Shown: positions 32,198 to 42,707 of the stretch, one piece after another
Numbering within the stretch: the stretch's first letter is position 1
How the letters are laid out: each line of letters starts with the position of its first letter
Assembly (NCBI GenBank): GCA_002733505.1
Contig: NVVW01000001.1
Location: forward strand, 88,200 to 152,199
Source: Methylophaga sp.
Lineage (GTDB): Bacteria; Pseudomonadota; Gammaproteobacteria; Nitrosococcales; Methylophagaceae
DNA length: 64,000 nucleotides
Direction: 5' to 3'
Notes under the pieces: model-generated
Databases searched by the model: none
The model's input: the letters and a program-made list of their open reading frames with translations, nothing else
What the model was told of the DNA's origin: nothing
Program-made: the position numbers and the translations under genes

Positions 32198-33364
32198 TTA
32201 GTTTCCTGATTTTTTAATGCGTTCTATCGCTTCTAATAAACGCTGTTCATGGGTAGTATAAGCAAAACGTATATGTTGTTCAGCTAAATTATTACCAAAG
32301 TCATTGCCCGGTGTAACCGCTACGCCCGTTTTCTGTAACCAATATTTACAGAGCGCCATGCTATCAGGCGACCTTTCATTGAGTAAGGCGCTACAGTTTG
32401 CATAGATATAGAATGCACCTTGCGGCGTTGTTTTCACCTCAAGACCTAAGCTTTGCAATGCGGGTAATAATGTATTTCTGCGTTGCTCAAAAAGCTGTCT
32501 TCGCTGCGCTAGAATAGCTAAGGTATCACTATTAAATGCTGATAATGCCGCATATTGCGATACAGTTGGTGCCGCTAGAAATAAATTTTGTGCTAATTTA
32601 TCCATAATAGGCACATATTGTTCTGGTGCAACTAGCCAACCTAATCGCCAGCCTGTCATGCCAAAGAATTTTGAAAAGCTGTTTATCACAAAGGCATTTT
32701 GATCCACTGACAATACTGTAGGCGTGTCGATACCATCATAAGTTAAGCCATGATAAATCTCATCAACAACAAAACTTCCCTGCTTTGCCCTTATTGCTGC
32801 GGCTAAGTCACTCAGTTGCTGACGCGATAATACGGTACCGGTAGGATTCGATGGCGAAGCGACTAACGCTAAGGTCGTATCATCATCCCAATGCGCATTA
32901 ATATGCTCAGCAGTAAGTTGATAATTATCGGATCCATCAACAGCGATTAATTGCGCTTGACCTTCAACAAAGCGAGCAATATTTCGATTACAAGGGTAAC
33001 CAGGATCAGCCAGCATTACTTTTTTATCACGCTCTAATAGTGCCCCCAGCACCAACATTAATGCACCTGAAGCGCCCGGAGTAATTACGACACGGTTTGC
33101 TGACACCGCGACTTGATAACGCGTTTGATACCAATTCGCTATTGCTTCTCGTAATTCAGCTAAACCTAATGCCGGTGTGTAGTGCGTTTTAGCTGATTTT
33201 AATGCCGCAATACCTGCATCAATAATCGGTTGGGGTGTATCAAAATCCGGTTCCCCCACTTCCAAATGGATAATATCCCTACCTTGTGCTTCTAGCCTTT
33301 TAGCTTGCGCCAAAATATCCATTACGTGGAAGGGGCTAATTTCCTGCGCACGCTGGGCAATCAT
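32198..33364 (-). CDS. class I/II PLP-dependent aminotransferase
   Basis: 388 aa. SPSNPTG, the NSFSKFFGMTGWRLGW Lys motif and a C-terminal Arg region. Confidence 0.85.
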   Translation of the reverse strand: MIAQRAQEISPFHVMDILAQAKRLEAQGRDIIHLEVGEPDFDTPQPIIDAGIAALKSAKTHYTPALGLAELREAIANWYQTRYQVAVSANRVVITPGASGALMLVLGALLERDKKVMLADPGYPCNRNIARFVEGQAQLIAVDGSDNYQLTAEHINAHWDDDTTLALVASPSNPTGTVLSRQQLSDLAAAIRAKQGSFVVDEIYHGLTYDGIDTPTVLSVDQNAFVINSFSKFFGMTGWRLGWLVAPEQYVPIMDKLAQNLFLAAPTVSQYAALSAFNSDTLAILAQRRQLFEQRRNTLLPALQSLGLEVKTTPQGAFYIYANCSALLNERSPDSMALCKYWLQKTGVAVTPGNDFGNNLAEQHIRFAYTTHEQRLLEAIERIKKSGN

Positions 33365-33879
33365 TTTATGCCTGTGCGTTGTAACGGTATTAAATCATCA
33401 ACCGTTACTAAAGAACCTGAGATAGTCTTCCCTGAAATGGTTTCACATGCCAAATCAGCTTCGCCTAATGTGTTTGTTACTAATACTGTTACATTTTCCG
33501 GTGTTGTAATTGTCGCAATCGCTAGTCGCAAACCGCGCGATCTAGTCTCATTTATTAAACCTATAACACTCGGACGTAGCGCAATTGCATTTGACTCTAA
33601 TAATTTCACATAATGTTTGGTTTTTGCAGCATGCAACAAAGCAATAAACCGTGCTAAATCACCATCATAGTTAAAGTCAGTTTTAACGTCTGATAAAAAA
33701 TGACGAATACGTTCATTACCGCCCGTCACAGCTAGTAATTACCCATGTAATTCTTCATTCCAGTTCCAGTCTAAACCGGCATCTGAAAACGCCATACTAA
33801 AGGCAACTCGGTGTCCATCACGTTCTGTTTCAGCTAATGTGCTGTCCACATCAAAAATAACTGCTTTTAATTGCGTCAT
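33361..33879 (-). pseudogene. HAD-superfamily hydrolase (CbbY-like) with in-frame stop and missing C-terminal motifs
   Basis: ATG 33879 gives MTQLKAVIFDVDSTLAETERDGHRVAF... (HAD motif I DxD). An in-frame TAA at 33739-33741 precedes LLAVTGGNERIRHF. The ORF ends after about 169 codons without HAD motifs III/IV. Confidence 0.6.
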
Positions 33880-33992
33880 ATCACTCTTTTCTGCTTAAAA
33901 ATAAGGTAAAATAATAACAAATTTTTGCACCCTTTGGGAGTTTCTGTTATAAGATTCGCCCTTGATTTTGAAAAAACACATTTGAGGTTTAC

Positions 33993-34415
33993 ATGAGCTC
34001 TACACAGTTTGATGCGAAATTCACGCCCTATAAAGAAAAGAAGGCTGAGGATTACATGAATGACGATCAATACGCGCATTTCAGAATAATTCTTGAAGAG
34101 TGGAAAAATGATCTAATGGAAGAAGTGGATCGGACCGTCCATCATATGCAAGATGATGCGGCTAATTTTCCTGATCCAAATGATCGTGCATCACAAGAAG
34201 AAGAATTCACGCTGGAACTGCGTACCCGTGATCGTGAACGTAAATTAGTCAAAAAGATTAAACAGTCTCTGGAAGATCTGGATAAAGGTGATTATGGTTA
34301 TTGTGAATCATGTGGCACCAATATTGGTATCCGTCGCCTTGAAGCCAGACCAACCGCTACATTATGTATAGATTGTAAAACATTAGATGAGATCCGCGAA
34401 AAGAACCGCGTTTAA
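33993..34415 (+). CDS. dksA: RNA polymerase-binding transcription factor DksA
   Basis: 140 aa. Coiled-coil tip [11 protein letters not shown] and C4 zinc finger CESCGTNI...CIDCK. Confidence 0.9.
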   Translation: MSSTQFDAKFTPYKEKKAEDYMNDDQYAHFRIILEEWKNDLMEEVDRTVHHMQDDAANFPDPNDRASQEEEFTLELRTRDRERKLVKKIKQSLEDLDKGDYGYCESCGTNIGIRRLEARPTATLCIDCKTLDEIREKNRV

Positions 34416-34444
34416 ATAACGCCTAGTTCACTCCGTACTAATAA

Positions 34445-34475
34445 AAAAGCCCCGACAGTATCGGGGCTTTTTTGT
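34445..34475 (+). terminator. rho-independent terminator after dksA
   Basis: AGCCCCGA cagta TCGGGGCT followed by TTTTTT, with an A-run on the 5' side. Confidence 0.8.
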
Positions 34476-34704
34476 GCTAGAAATAAAGGCTAGTTAGCAA
34501 AAACCTTTTCACGATAAGTATTTTTCGTCAGGACAAGGCAAAAATTGTCGACAAATCTGTCAGGAACAGATTTGGATTTACCCTGCAAAGGGTGAAACAC
34601 AAGGATGTGTTTCATCAAAAAGCGCAGTTTACTAGTGTAAATGAGCATTTTGAGACCATTTTTAACGCAGGCATGGCGGAAAAGACGACTCGTGTAATGG
34701 TTTT

Positions 34705-35304
34705 TTATAGGTCGTCGCCGTGTTTCGCTAGATAATCAGCAACGCCAGCAGCGTCAGCCTTCATACCTTCATCACCTTTGTTCCAGCCCGCTGGGCAAAC
34801 TTCACCATGCTCTTCATGAAATTGAAGTGCATCAACCAAACGCAGCATTTCATCTACTTCACGACCTAAAGGTAAGTCATTGACTACTTGATGACGAACA
34901 ATGCCTTCTTTATCAATCAAAAAAGAACCACGCAACGCAATGCTTGCCGGGTGCTTAACACCATACTTTTTCATGATTTTGTGATCAGTATCAGCTACTA
35001 ATGGGAAATCAATTTGACCAATACCGCCATCTTTAACGGCGGTATTACGCCATGCTAAATGGGTAAACTGTGAATCGATTGAAACACCAATAACTTGAAC
35101 ACCACGCTCTTTAAATGCGGCAACACGGTGGTGATGAGCAATAATTTCAGATGGGCAAACAAAGGTGAAATCTAGTGGGTAAAAGAATATAACAACATAT
35201 TGACCTTTATAATCAGCTAATGAAAAGTTCTCATTAATTGTATTATCAGGCATTACCGCTGCTGCTGTGAATTTTGGGGCTTTTTTTGTTACTAAAACGC
35301 TCAT
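34705..35304 (-). CDS. typical 2-Cys peroxiredoxin (AhpC/Tsa family)
   Basis: 199 aa. Peroxidatic Cys in DFTFVCPSEI, resolving Cys in GEVCPAGW. Confidence 0.9.
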   Translation of the reverse strand: MSVLVTKKAPKFTAAAVMPDNTINENFSLADYKGQYVVIFFYPLDFTFVCPSEIIAHHHRVAAFKERGVQVIGVSIDSQFTHLAWRNTAVKDGGIGQIDFPLVADTDHKIMKKYGVKHPASIALRGSFLIDKEGIVRHQVVNDLPLGREVDEMLRLVDALQFHEEHGEVCPAGWNKGDEGMKADAAGVADYLAKHGDDL

Positions 35305-35344
35305 AATGACTCCTATTTAAATTATTTTTTAGTGTTGAACTATC

Positions 35345-35442
35345 CTAGGGAGGCTCTGATCAAGTCCAATTAGTTTAGGCTTGCTAAAAGTGTCGCTATT
35401 TTCTGCGCCTAATTCTAATCGACTTAATCAGAGACTCCCTAG
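35345..35442. mobile_element. MITE-like element, family 2 (about 98 bp)
   Basis: TIRs CTAGGGAGGCTCTGATCAAGTC / GACTTAATCAGAGACTCCCTAG (20/22 complementary). Lies in the peroxiredoxin promoter region. Confidence 0.65.
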
Positions 35443-35475
35443 ATAAATAGTCGAGTAAAACACTCAGCTATCGTA

Positions 35476-36438
35476 TCAATAACGATTGATATTGTCTAAC
35501 TTATTTGGTGCTAAGAAATGACTGCGATATTGGGTAGGGCTTTGTCCAAAAAACCGAGAAAATCGACGGCTAAAATGGCTTAAATCATTAAAGCCCGTGT
35601 GATAACACACCTCACTAACCTTGTTGCCAGCTTGCAGTAGTTTTGCTGCATTTTTTAAACGTTGTTGTTGTAAGTATTCACTGGGAGAACATCCTAACTG
35701 TTTCTTGAATTCCGTATACAGCTTACTTCTGCTCATGCAGGCTAAACGACACAATACATCAATATCTAGGGGTGATGCACTATATTCTGTTAAATAGCTG
35801 ATGGCTGAAGTAACACCTGTCGCATCAGGGGCGCGACGACAATATTCTAATAATTGTTCTCGACCCTGTTCTCTTAACAATCTGATAACAAGCTCAGAAA
35901 CACCTAAATCAACCATCATTTCTTTATCGGGATGATTGTGTGTAAATAACGATACTAGTTTTTCTAATAACTGTTGTGTTGCTTCCGTATGGTGTGTGTG
36001 TACAATATGAGGCTGATATTGCCAGTCATGTTCTAGCTTACCTAATGGAGTAAGATCTCTCATCTTTTCAGCTACAGTTTCTATCCGTTCTTTTGATATT
36101 TCAATGGTAAGACAGGTCGTCGGTTGCGCTTCATTTGCTTCAGGAAAATCAATTTCAACATATTCCCCTGGCGACATAACAAAAGATTCATGCGGTAGAA
36201 AAACCTGAGCGTTTGCTAATCCTTTATGCACCGAATGCATCACCTTTTTGCCCGTCACCATGCCACAAAAAAGTAATTGATCAGCGCCGAGCCCCACTCG
36301 TGATGCGGTGCGATAAGTATCATAAATACTTAATTCTGAATCTGGTCCTTGAAAAGAAACCTTATTTTCAATCAATAAGTGTCGCTGCTCGCGCCTGCTA
36401 TCTAAATCTAGTTGCGGATCTTTCATCATGTTAACCAC
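35476..36438 (-). CDS. AraC-family transcriptional regulator
   Basis: 320 aa. C-terminal double HTH (LCRLACMSRSKLYTEFKKQLGCSPSEYLQQQRL...CYHTGFNDLSHFSRRFSRFFGQSP). Divergent from the aldehyde dehydrogenase gene. Confidence 0.85.
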   Translation of the reverse strand: MVNMMKDPQLDLDSRREQRHLLIENKVSFQGPDSELSIYDTYRTASRVGLGADQLLFCGMVTGKKVMHSVHKGLANAQVFLPHESFVMSPGEYVEIDFPEANEAQPTTCLTIEISKERIETVAEKMRDLTPLGKLEHDWQYQPHIVHTHHTEATQQLLEKLVSLFTHNHPDKEMMVDLGVSELVIRLLREQGREQLLEYCRRAPDATGVTSAISYLTEYSASPLDIDVLCRLACMSRSKLYTEFKKQLGCSPSEYLQQQRLKNAAKLLQAGNKVSEVCYHTGFNDLSHFSRRFSRFFGQSPTQYRSHFLAPNKLDNINRY

Positions 36439-36574
36439 GTTTAAGATACATATAAAATCTAATTCTCCGACTATTTTGGACGCTTAGTCAAGTTTTTAGG
36501 AATAATAATCAACATGTCTCTCAGTAGCTGGTTTATGATTCAGTTTTATATTTTCTAAATGTTGGGTACAGATT

Positions 36575-38095
36575 ATGGTCTATGCAAATCCAGGAACGCA
36601 AGAAGCCGTTGTTTCATTTAAAGAACGTTACGGCAATTATATTGGTGGCGGATGGGTTGCTCCTGTAAAAGGTGAGTATTTCGCTAATATCACTCCGGTG
36701 ACAGGCGAAGTCTTTTGTGAAATTCCCCGTTCAACGGAAGAAGATATTAATCTAGCGCTTGATGCCGCGCACGCTGCCAAAGATGCTTGGGGTAAGACAT
36801 CGGTTACTGAACGCTCTAATATTTTATTAAAAATAGCTGATCGTATCGAAGAAAACCTTGAAATGTTAGCCGTTGCAGAAACATGGGATAACGGTAAAGC
36901 TGTCCGTGAAACCCTTAATGCTGATGTACCACTCTGTGTGGATCACTTCCGTTATTATGCCGGTTGTATGCGCGCGCAAGAAGGTACTATGGGTGAAATC
37001 GATGAAACCACCGTTTCCTATCAATTTCATGAACCTTTAGGAGTGGTAGGTCAGATTATACCGTGGAACTTCCCATTATTAATGGCGGCATGGAAACTTG
37101 CTCCAGCCTTAGTGACAGGCAACTGTATTGTAATGAAACCGGCGGAACAAACACCCGTTTCTATCCTTAAATTAATGGAAGTTATTGGTGATTTGTTGCC
37201 ACCAGGTGTACTTAATATTGTAAATGGCTTTGGTAGAGAAGCAGGTGAAGCATTAGCAACCAGTACCCGCATTGCAAAAATAGCATTCACCGGTTCAACC
37301 CCCGTCGGTCAACATATTCTTAAATGTGCCGCAGAAAACTTAATTCCATCAACCGTTGAATTAGGCGGGAAATCTCCGAATATTTTCTTTGAAGACATCA
37401 TGCAGCAAGAAGATGATTACATCAGCAAATGTGCTGAAGGTGCTGTTTTAGCTTTCTTTAACCAAGGTGAAGTATGCACTTGTCCTTCTCGTGCCCTGAT
37501 TCAAGAAAGCATTTATGATGAATTTATTGCTATTGTCATTGAGCGTTCTAAGAAAATTATTCGTGGTAATCCGCTCGATACCGATACCCAAGTGGGCGCT
37601 CAAGCGTCACAACAACAGTTTGAAAAGATCCTAGATTACATTGAAATCGGCAAACAAGAAGGTGCTGAACTATTAATCGGCGGTAATATTGCCCAAGTCG
37701 GCAGCGAATTTAATTCTGGTTACTATATTGAACCCACCTTATTCAAAGGCACCAACAATATGCGGATCTTCCAAGAAGAAATTTTTGGCCCTGTTGTTTC
37801 AGTGACTACTTTTAAAGATGAAGCTGAAGCTTTAGCTATTGCCAATGATTCGGAGTTTGGTCTGGGCGCAGGTTTATGGACGCGCGATATGAACCTTGCT
37901 TACCGTATGGGACGAGGCATTCAGGCAGGTCGAGTATGGACAAACTGTTATCATCTCTACCCTGCTCATGCCGCATTTGGTGGCTATAAAAAATCAGGCA
38001 TTGGTCGTGAAACCCATAAAATGATGCTTGATCATTATCAGCAAACTAAAAACTTATTGGTAAGTTATAGCACTAGCCCTCTTGGCTTCTTCTGA
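36575..38095 (+). CDS. NAD(P)-dependent aldehyde dehydrogenase (AldB/ExaC-like)
   Basis: 506 aa. ELGGKSP glutamate motif and catalytic Cys in [12 protein letters not shown]. Confidence 0.9.
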   Translation: MVYANPGTQEAVVSFKERYGNYIGGGWVAPVKGEYFANITPVTGEVFCEIPRSTEEDINLALDAAHAAKDAWGKTSVTERSNILLKIADRIEENLEMLAVAETWDNGKAVRETLNADVPLCVDHFRYYAGCMRAQEGTMGEIDETTVSYQFHEPLGVVGQIIPWNFPLLMAAWKLAPALVTGNCIVMKPAEQTPVSILKLMEVIGDLLPPGVLNIVNGFGREAGEALATSTRIAKIAFTGSTPVGQHILKCAAENLIPSTVELGGKSPNIFFEDIMQQEDDYISKCAEGAVLAFFNQGEVCTCPSRALIQESIYDEFIAIVIERSKKIIRGNPLDTDTQVGAQASQQQFEKILDYIEIGKQEGAELLIGGNIAQVGSEFNSGYYIEPTLFKGTNNMRIFQEEIFGPVVSVTTFKDEAEALAIANDSEFGLGAGLWTRDMNLAYRMGRGIQAGRVWTNCYHLYPAHAAFGGYKKSGIGRETHKMMLDHYQQTKNLLVSYSTSPLGFF

Positions 38096-38174
38096 CTTAA
38101 CCCGAGCACTTGAGCTTACTTATAAATGTCTATATTATGTAGTCATATTTTCATTATTTTTTATAGGGGGTAAA

Positions 38175-38411
38175 ATGAAAGCTTCTATTGTAGATTTAAG
38201 GTATAAAACAGCTGATATTTTGAAAGCACTTGATAGAAATGAAAGTGTTAGTGTTATGTATCATGGTAAGATTAAAGGCATTATCAAGCCTGTTAAGGAA
38301 AAATCTTTTTCTAAGGTTAAAGATCATCCTTTCTTTGCTATGAACAATGATGCCGAGCAATCCGTATTGCAAGAATTAGAGACGCTAAGAAAACCACGTC
38401 ATGCTCTATGA
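38175..38411 (+). CDS. type II antitoxin (Phd/YefM-like N-terminus) paired with VapC
   Basis: ORF 38082-38411, trimmed to ATG 38175 behind an AGGGGG RBS. 78 aa, MKASIVDLRYKTADILKALDRNESVSVMYHGKIKGIIKP. The stop overlaps the vapC start. Confidence 0.6.
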   Translation: MKASIVDLRYKTADILKALDRNESVSVMYHGKIKGIIKPVKEKSFSKVKDHPFFAMNNDAEQSVLQELETLRKPRHAL

Positions 38412-38778
38412 TACCGATATTTTAATTTGGATCCAAAGAGGCAATGAAAAGGCGGCAAGACTCATTGAAAAAGATGAAGACAAACATCTTTCAATTCAAA
38501 GTTATATGGAACTATTACAAGGTGCAAAAAATAAAACCCATCACCGATATGTGAAAGACTTTATTGCTGAATTTGAGTTTTCCATATTACCTTTAACTGA
38601 AAACATAGGTCATAGAGCTTTGATATACGTAGAAGAACACGCACTATCATCTAATATGAGAGCGGGTGATGCAATTATTGCAGCTACTGCAAATGAGAAT
38701 AATATGCCTCTTGTTTCCAGCAATGTAAAACATTTTAAAGCTATAAAAAAGCTACAGCTAAAAGCATTCAAACCATGA
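38401..38778 (+). CDS. vapC: PIN-domain ribonuclease toxin VapC
   Basis: 125 aa. Acidic PIN residues in MLYDTDIL, SYMELLQG and RAGDAIIAATA. 11-nt overlap with the antitoxin. Confidence 0.8.
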   Translation: MLYDTDILIWIQRGNEKAARLIEKDEDKHLSIQSYMELLQGAKNKTHHRYVKDFIAEFEFSILPLTENIGHRALIYVEEHALSSNMRAGDAIIAATANENNMPLVSSNVKHFKAIKKLQLKAFKP

Positions 38779-38790
38779 GAGAATACTTCC

Positions 38791-40755
<1,965 letters not shown>

Positions 40756-40869
40756 TGATCGCTATTATCCCTTCACTCCCGCACACTTAATCAGAGCCTC
40801 CTTAAGCAGAAGTCTGTAATATGACCCCATAGATTCCCGATAAAAGATCTCGGAATGACAAAGGAAATT

Positions 40870-41274
40870 ATGGCAAAAAAAGAAATACCCTCAGATGAAA
40901 GCCAACGATTAGATAAATGGTTATGGGCTGCGCGATTTTATAAAACGCGTAGTCTTGCTGTAGAGGCCGTTAATGGTGGCAAGGTTCATCTGAATAAGAA
41001 TCGTGTTAAACCCAGCCGTACTATCAAGCCTGATGATATATTAACCATATCAAAACCGCCTTACCAACATATCATTACCGTATTAGCCCTAAATAAACAA
41101 CGTCGCCCTGCTCCCGAAGCACAGCAACTCTATATTGAAAGTGATGAGAGCATCGCTAAGCGAGAGAAACTTTACCAAGAAATAAAAAACCAGCCTTTAG
41201 GATTTCGACATGAAAAAGGCAGGCCTAACAAGCGTAATCGCCGCCATATTATAAAATTCACTCGTAAATCTTGA
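40870..41274 (+). CDS. hslR: ribosome-associated heat shock protein Hsp15 (S4 domain)
   Basis: RLDKWLWAARFYKTRSLAVEAVNGGKVHLN S4 motif. Start moved from 40855 to ATG 40870 because 40855 lies inside a repeat half-module (GGAATGAC) and 40870 follows AAGGA. Confidence 0.8.
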   Translation: MAKKEIPSDESQRLDKWLWAARFYKTRSLAVEAVNGGKVHLNKNRVKPSRTIKPDDILTISKPPYQHIITVLALNKQRRPAPEAQQLYIESDESIAKREKLYQEIKNQPLGFRHEKGRPNKRNRRHIIKFTRKS

Positions 41275-41774
41275 AAATTAATGAATATTCTTGTCAACCA
41301 AATTCATTTAGCCCAGTTGTATTAACGGTAGACGTTCTACAATCAACGGAGAAATAAAATGAAGGTACACTTAACGCTTCTTAAATAGAGGCTGTTCCAC
41401 CCTAAACTTTAAGTGTCAAAATGTGACGCACTTTGCGCATTTGAGGGAAAAGTGTGCGGTACGTCTAGAAAAATATGTGATGCCACTCACATTTTACTAT
41501 TTTATCCAACCCCTAAAATTGGTTACTTTGTAGCTACCACTTTATAGCAATAACCGTTCTTTAATACTCCTAAACCTAGACTACAACTTAATTCATGTAT
41601 TTTATTATTATATTTAATTTTTATTTTCCATGTTTTTCATAATGAAAGTCAAACTATTTTTCATCAATTAAACGCCTGACTGCGCTAGACATAACGCCTT
41701 GTTTCAGTCAAAAATAAGGTGCATAGGAATTTAAACATTTATGCTATACAAATTAATTTCAGGAGATAAAAGGA

Positions 41775-42695
41775 ATGGATAATTTAGCACGTTTGGACAG
41801 CTTACAAGGTAGTAATTTGGCGAATATTTCGCACCTTCAGGAAACTTATCAGCACCAAGTTCAGGAAAATGAGAATCAATACTCTCAATTAGCAACACAT
41901 TATGATGCTAAATATAAAATAGCTTGGCTTTTAATGAAATCAGCACCAAGACCCTGTTTTACACCAATATTACTAAATGATTTAAAATCGCACGTAAATC
42001 ATATCAAAACTGAAATGTCTTATACGCGTAACGAGAAATATGATTATCTTGTTTTAGGCTCAAATATAGAGGGGATTTTTAATCTTGGCGGTGATTTAGA
42101 TTTATTTCGCACACTGATTGAGCAAAAAAACCGGGAAGGATTACTAGCTTATGCCATGGCAGGAGTTGATCTCGTTTATCAAAACATGAAACATTTTGGC
42201 CTTGATCTGACTACCGTTTCCCTTATCACAGGTGATGCTTTAGGAGGTGGGTTTGAAGCTGCCATGTCAGCAAATCTAGTCATTGCCGAACGTGGCGTAA
42301 AGTTAGGTCTGCCTGAGGTGTTATTTAACCTGTTTCCAGGAATGGGAGCCTACTCGATACTTTCAAGAAAAGTGGGCACTGTCGTTGCCAAAAAGATGAT
42401 TTTATCTGGAAAATTATATAGTTCTGAAGAACTTTTTGATATGGGAATCATTGATATTTTAGCTGATAAAGGCGAAGGGGAACTCGCACTATACAAACAC
42501 ATAAAAGCAGCAAAACGCTCACCTAATAGCTTTAGTTCAATGGCTAAAATCAACGATCTTTGTAATGAGATCCCGTATCAAGAGTTTGTTGATATTGCTA
42601 ATATTTGGGCTGATGCTGCTTTAAACCTATCAGATAAAGATTTACGAATGATGGATCGTTTAGTCTCTCGCCAAAGTAAAAGGTTCGTAGCCTAA
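41775..42695 (+). CDS. rpfF: RpfF-like crotonase-fold DSF-family signal synthase
   Basis: 306 aa. PRPCFTP...FNLGGDLDLF...GDALGGGFEAAMSANLVIAERGVKLGLPEVLFNLFPGMGAYS...DRLVSRQSKR is colinear with Xanthomonas RpfF as I recall it. The two catalytic Glu lie 20 residues apart. AGGAG RBS. Confidence 0.7.
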   Translation: MDNLARLDSLQGSNLANISHLQETYQHQVQENENQYSQLATHYDAKYKIAWLLMKSAPRPCFTPILLNDLKSHVNHIKTEMSYTRNEKYDYLVLGSNIEGIFNLGGDLDLFRTLIEQKNREGLLAYAMAGVDLVYQNMKHFGLDLTTVSLITGDALGGGFEAAMSANLVIAERGVKLGLPEVLFNLFPGMGAYSILSRKVGTVVAKKMILSGKLYSSEELFDMGIIDILADKGEGELALYKHIKAAKRSPNSFSSMAKINDLCNEIPYQEFVDIANIWADAALNLSDKDLRMMDRLVSRQSKRFVA

Positions 42696-42707
42696 ACCCA
42701 CCCAAGC

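Noticed and set aside
33876-34079. 67-aa minus-strand ORF overlapping the dksA start.
   Set aside because: It is AT-rich and low-complexity, and overlaps the dksA promoter and start. No support.
40855-40869. ATG 40855 as the hslR start.
   Set aside because: The ATG is part of the repeat half-module (…CTCGGAATGAC). ATG 40870 has an AAGGA RBS and gives a conventional Hsp15 N-terminus.
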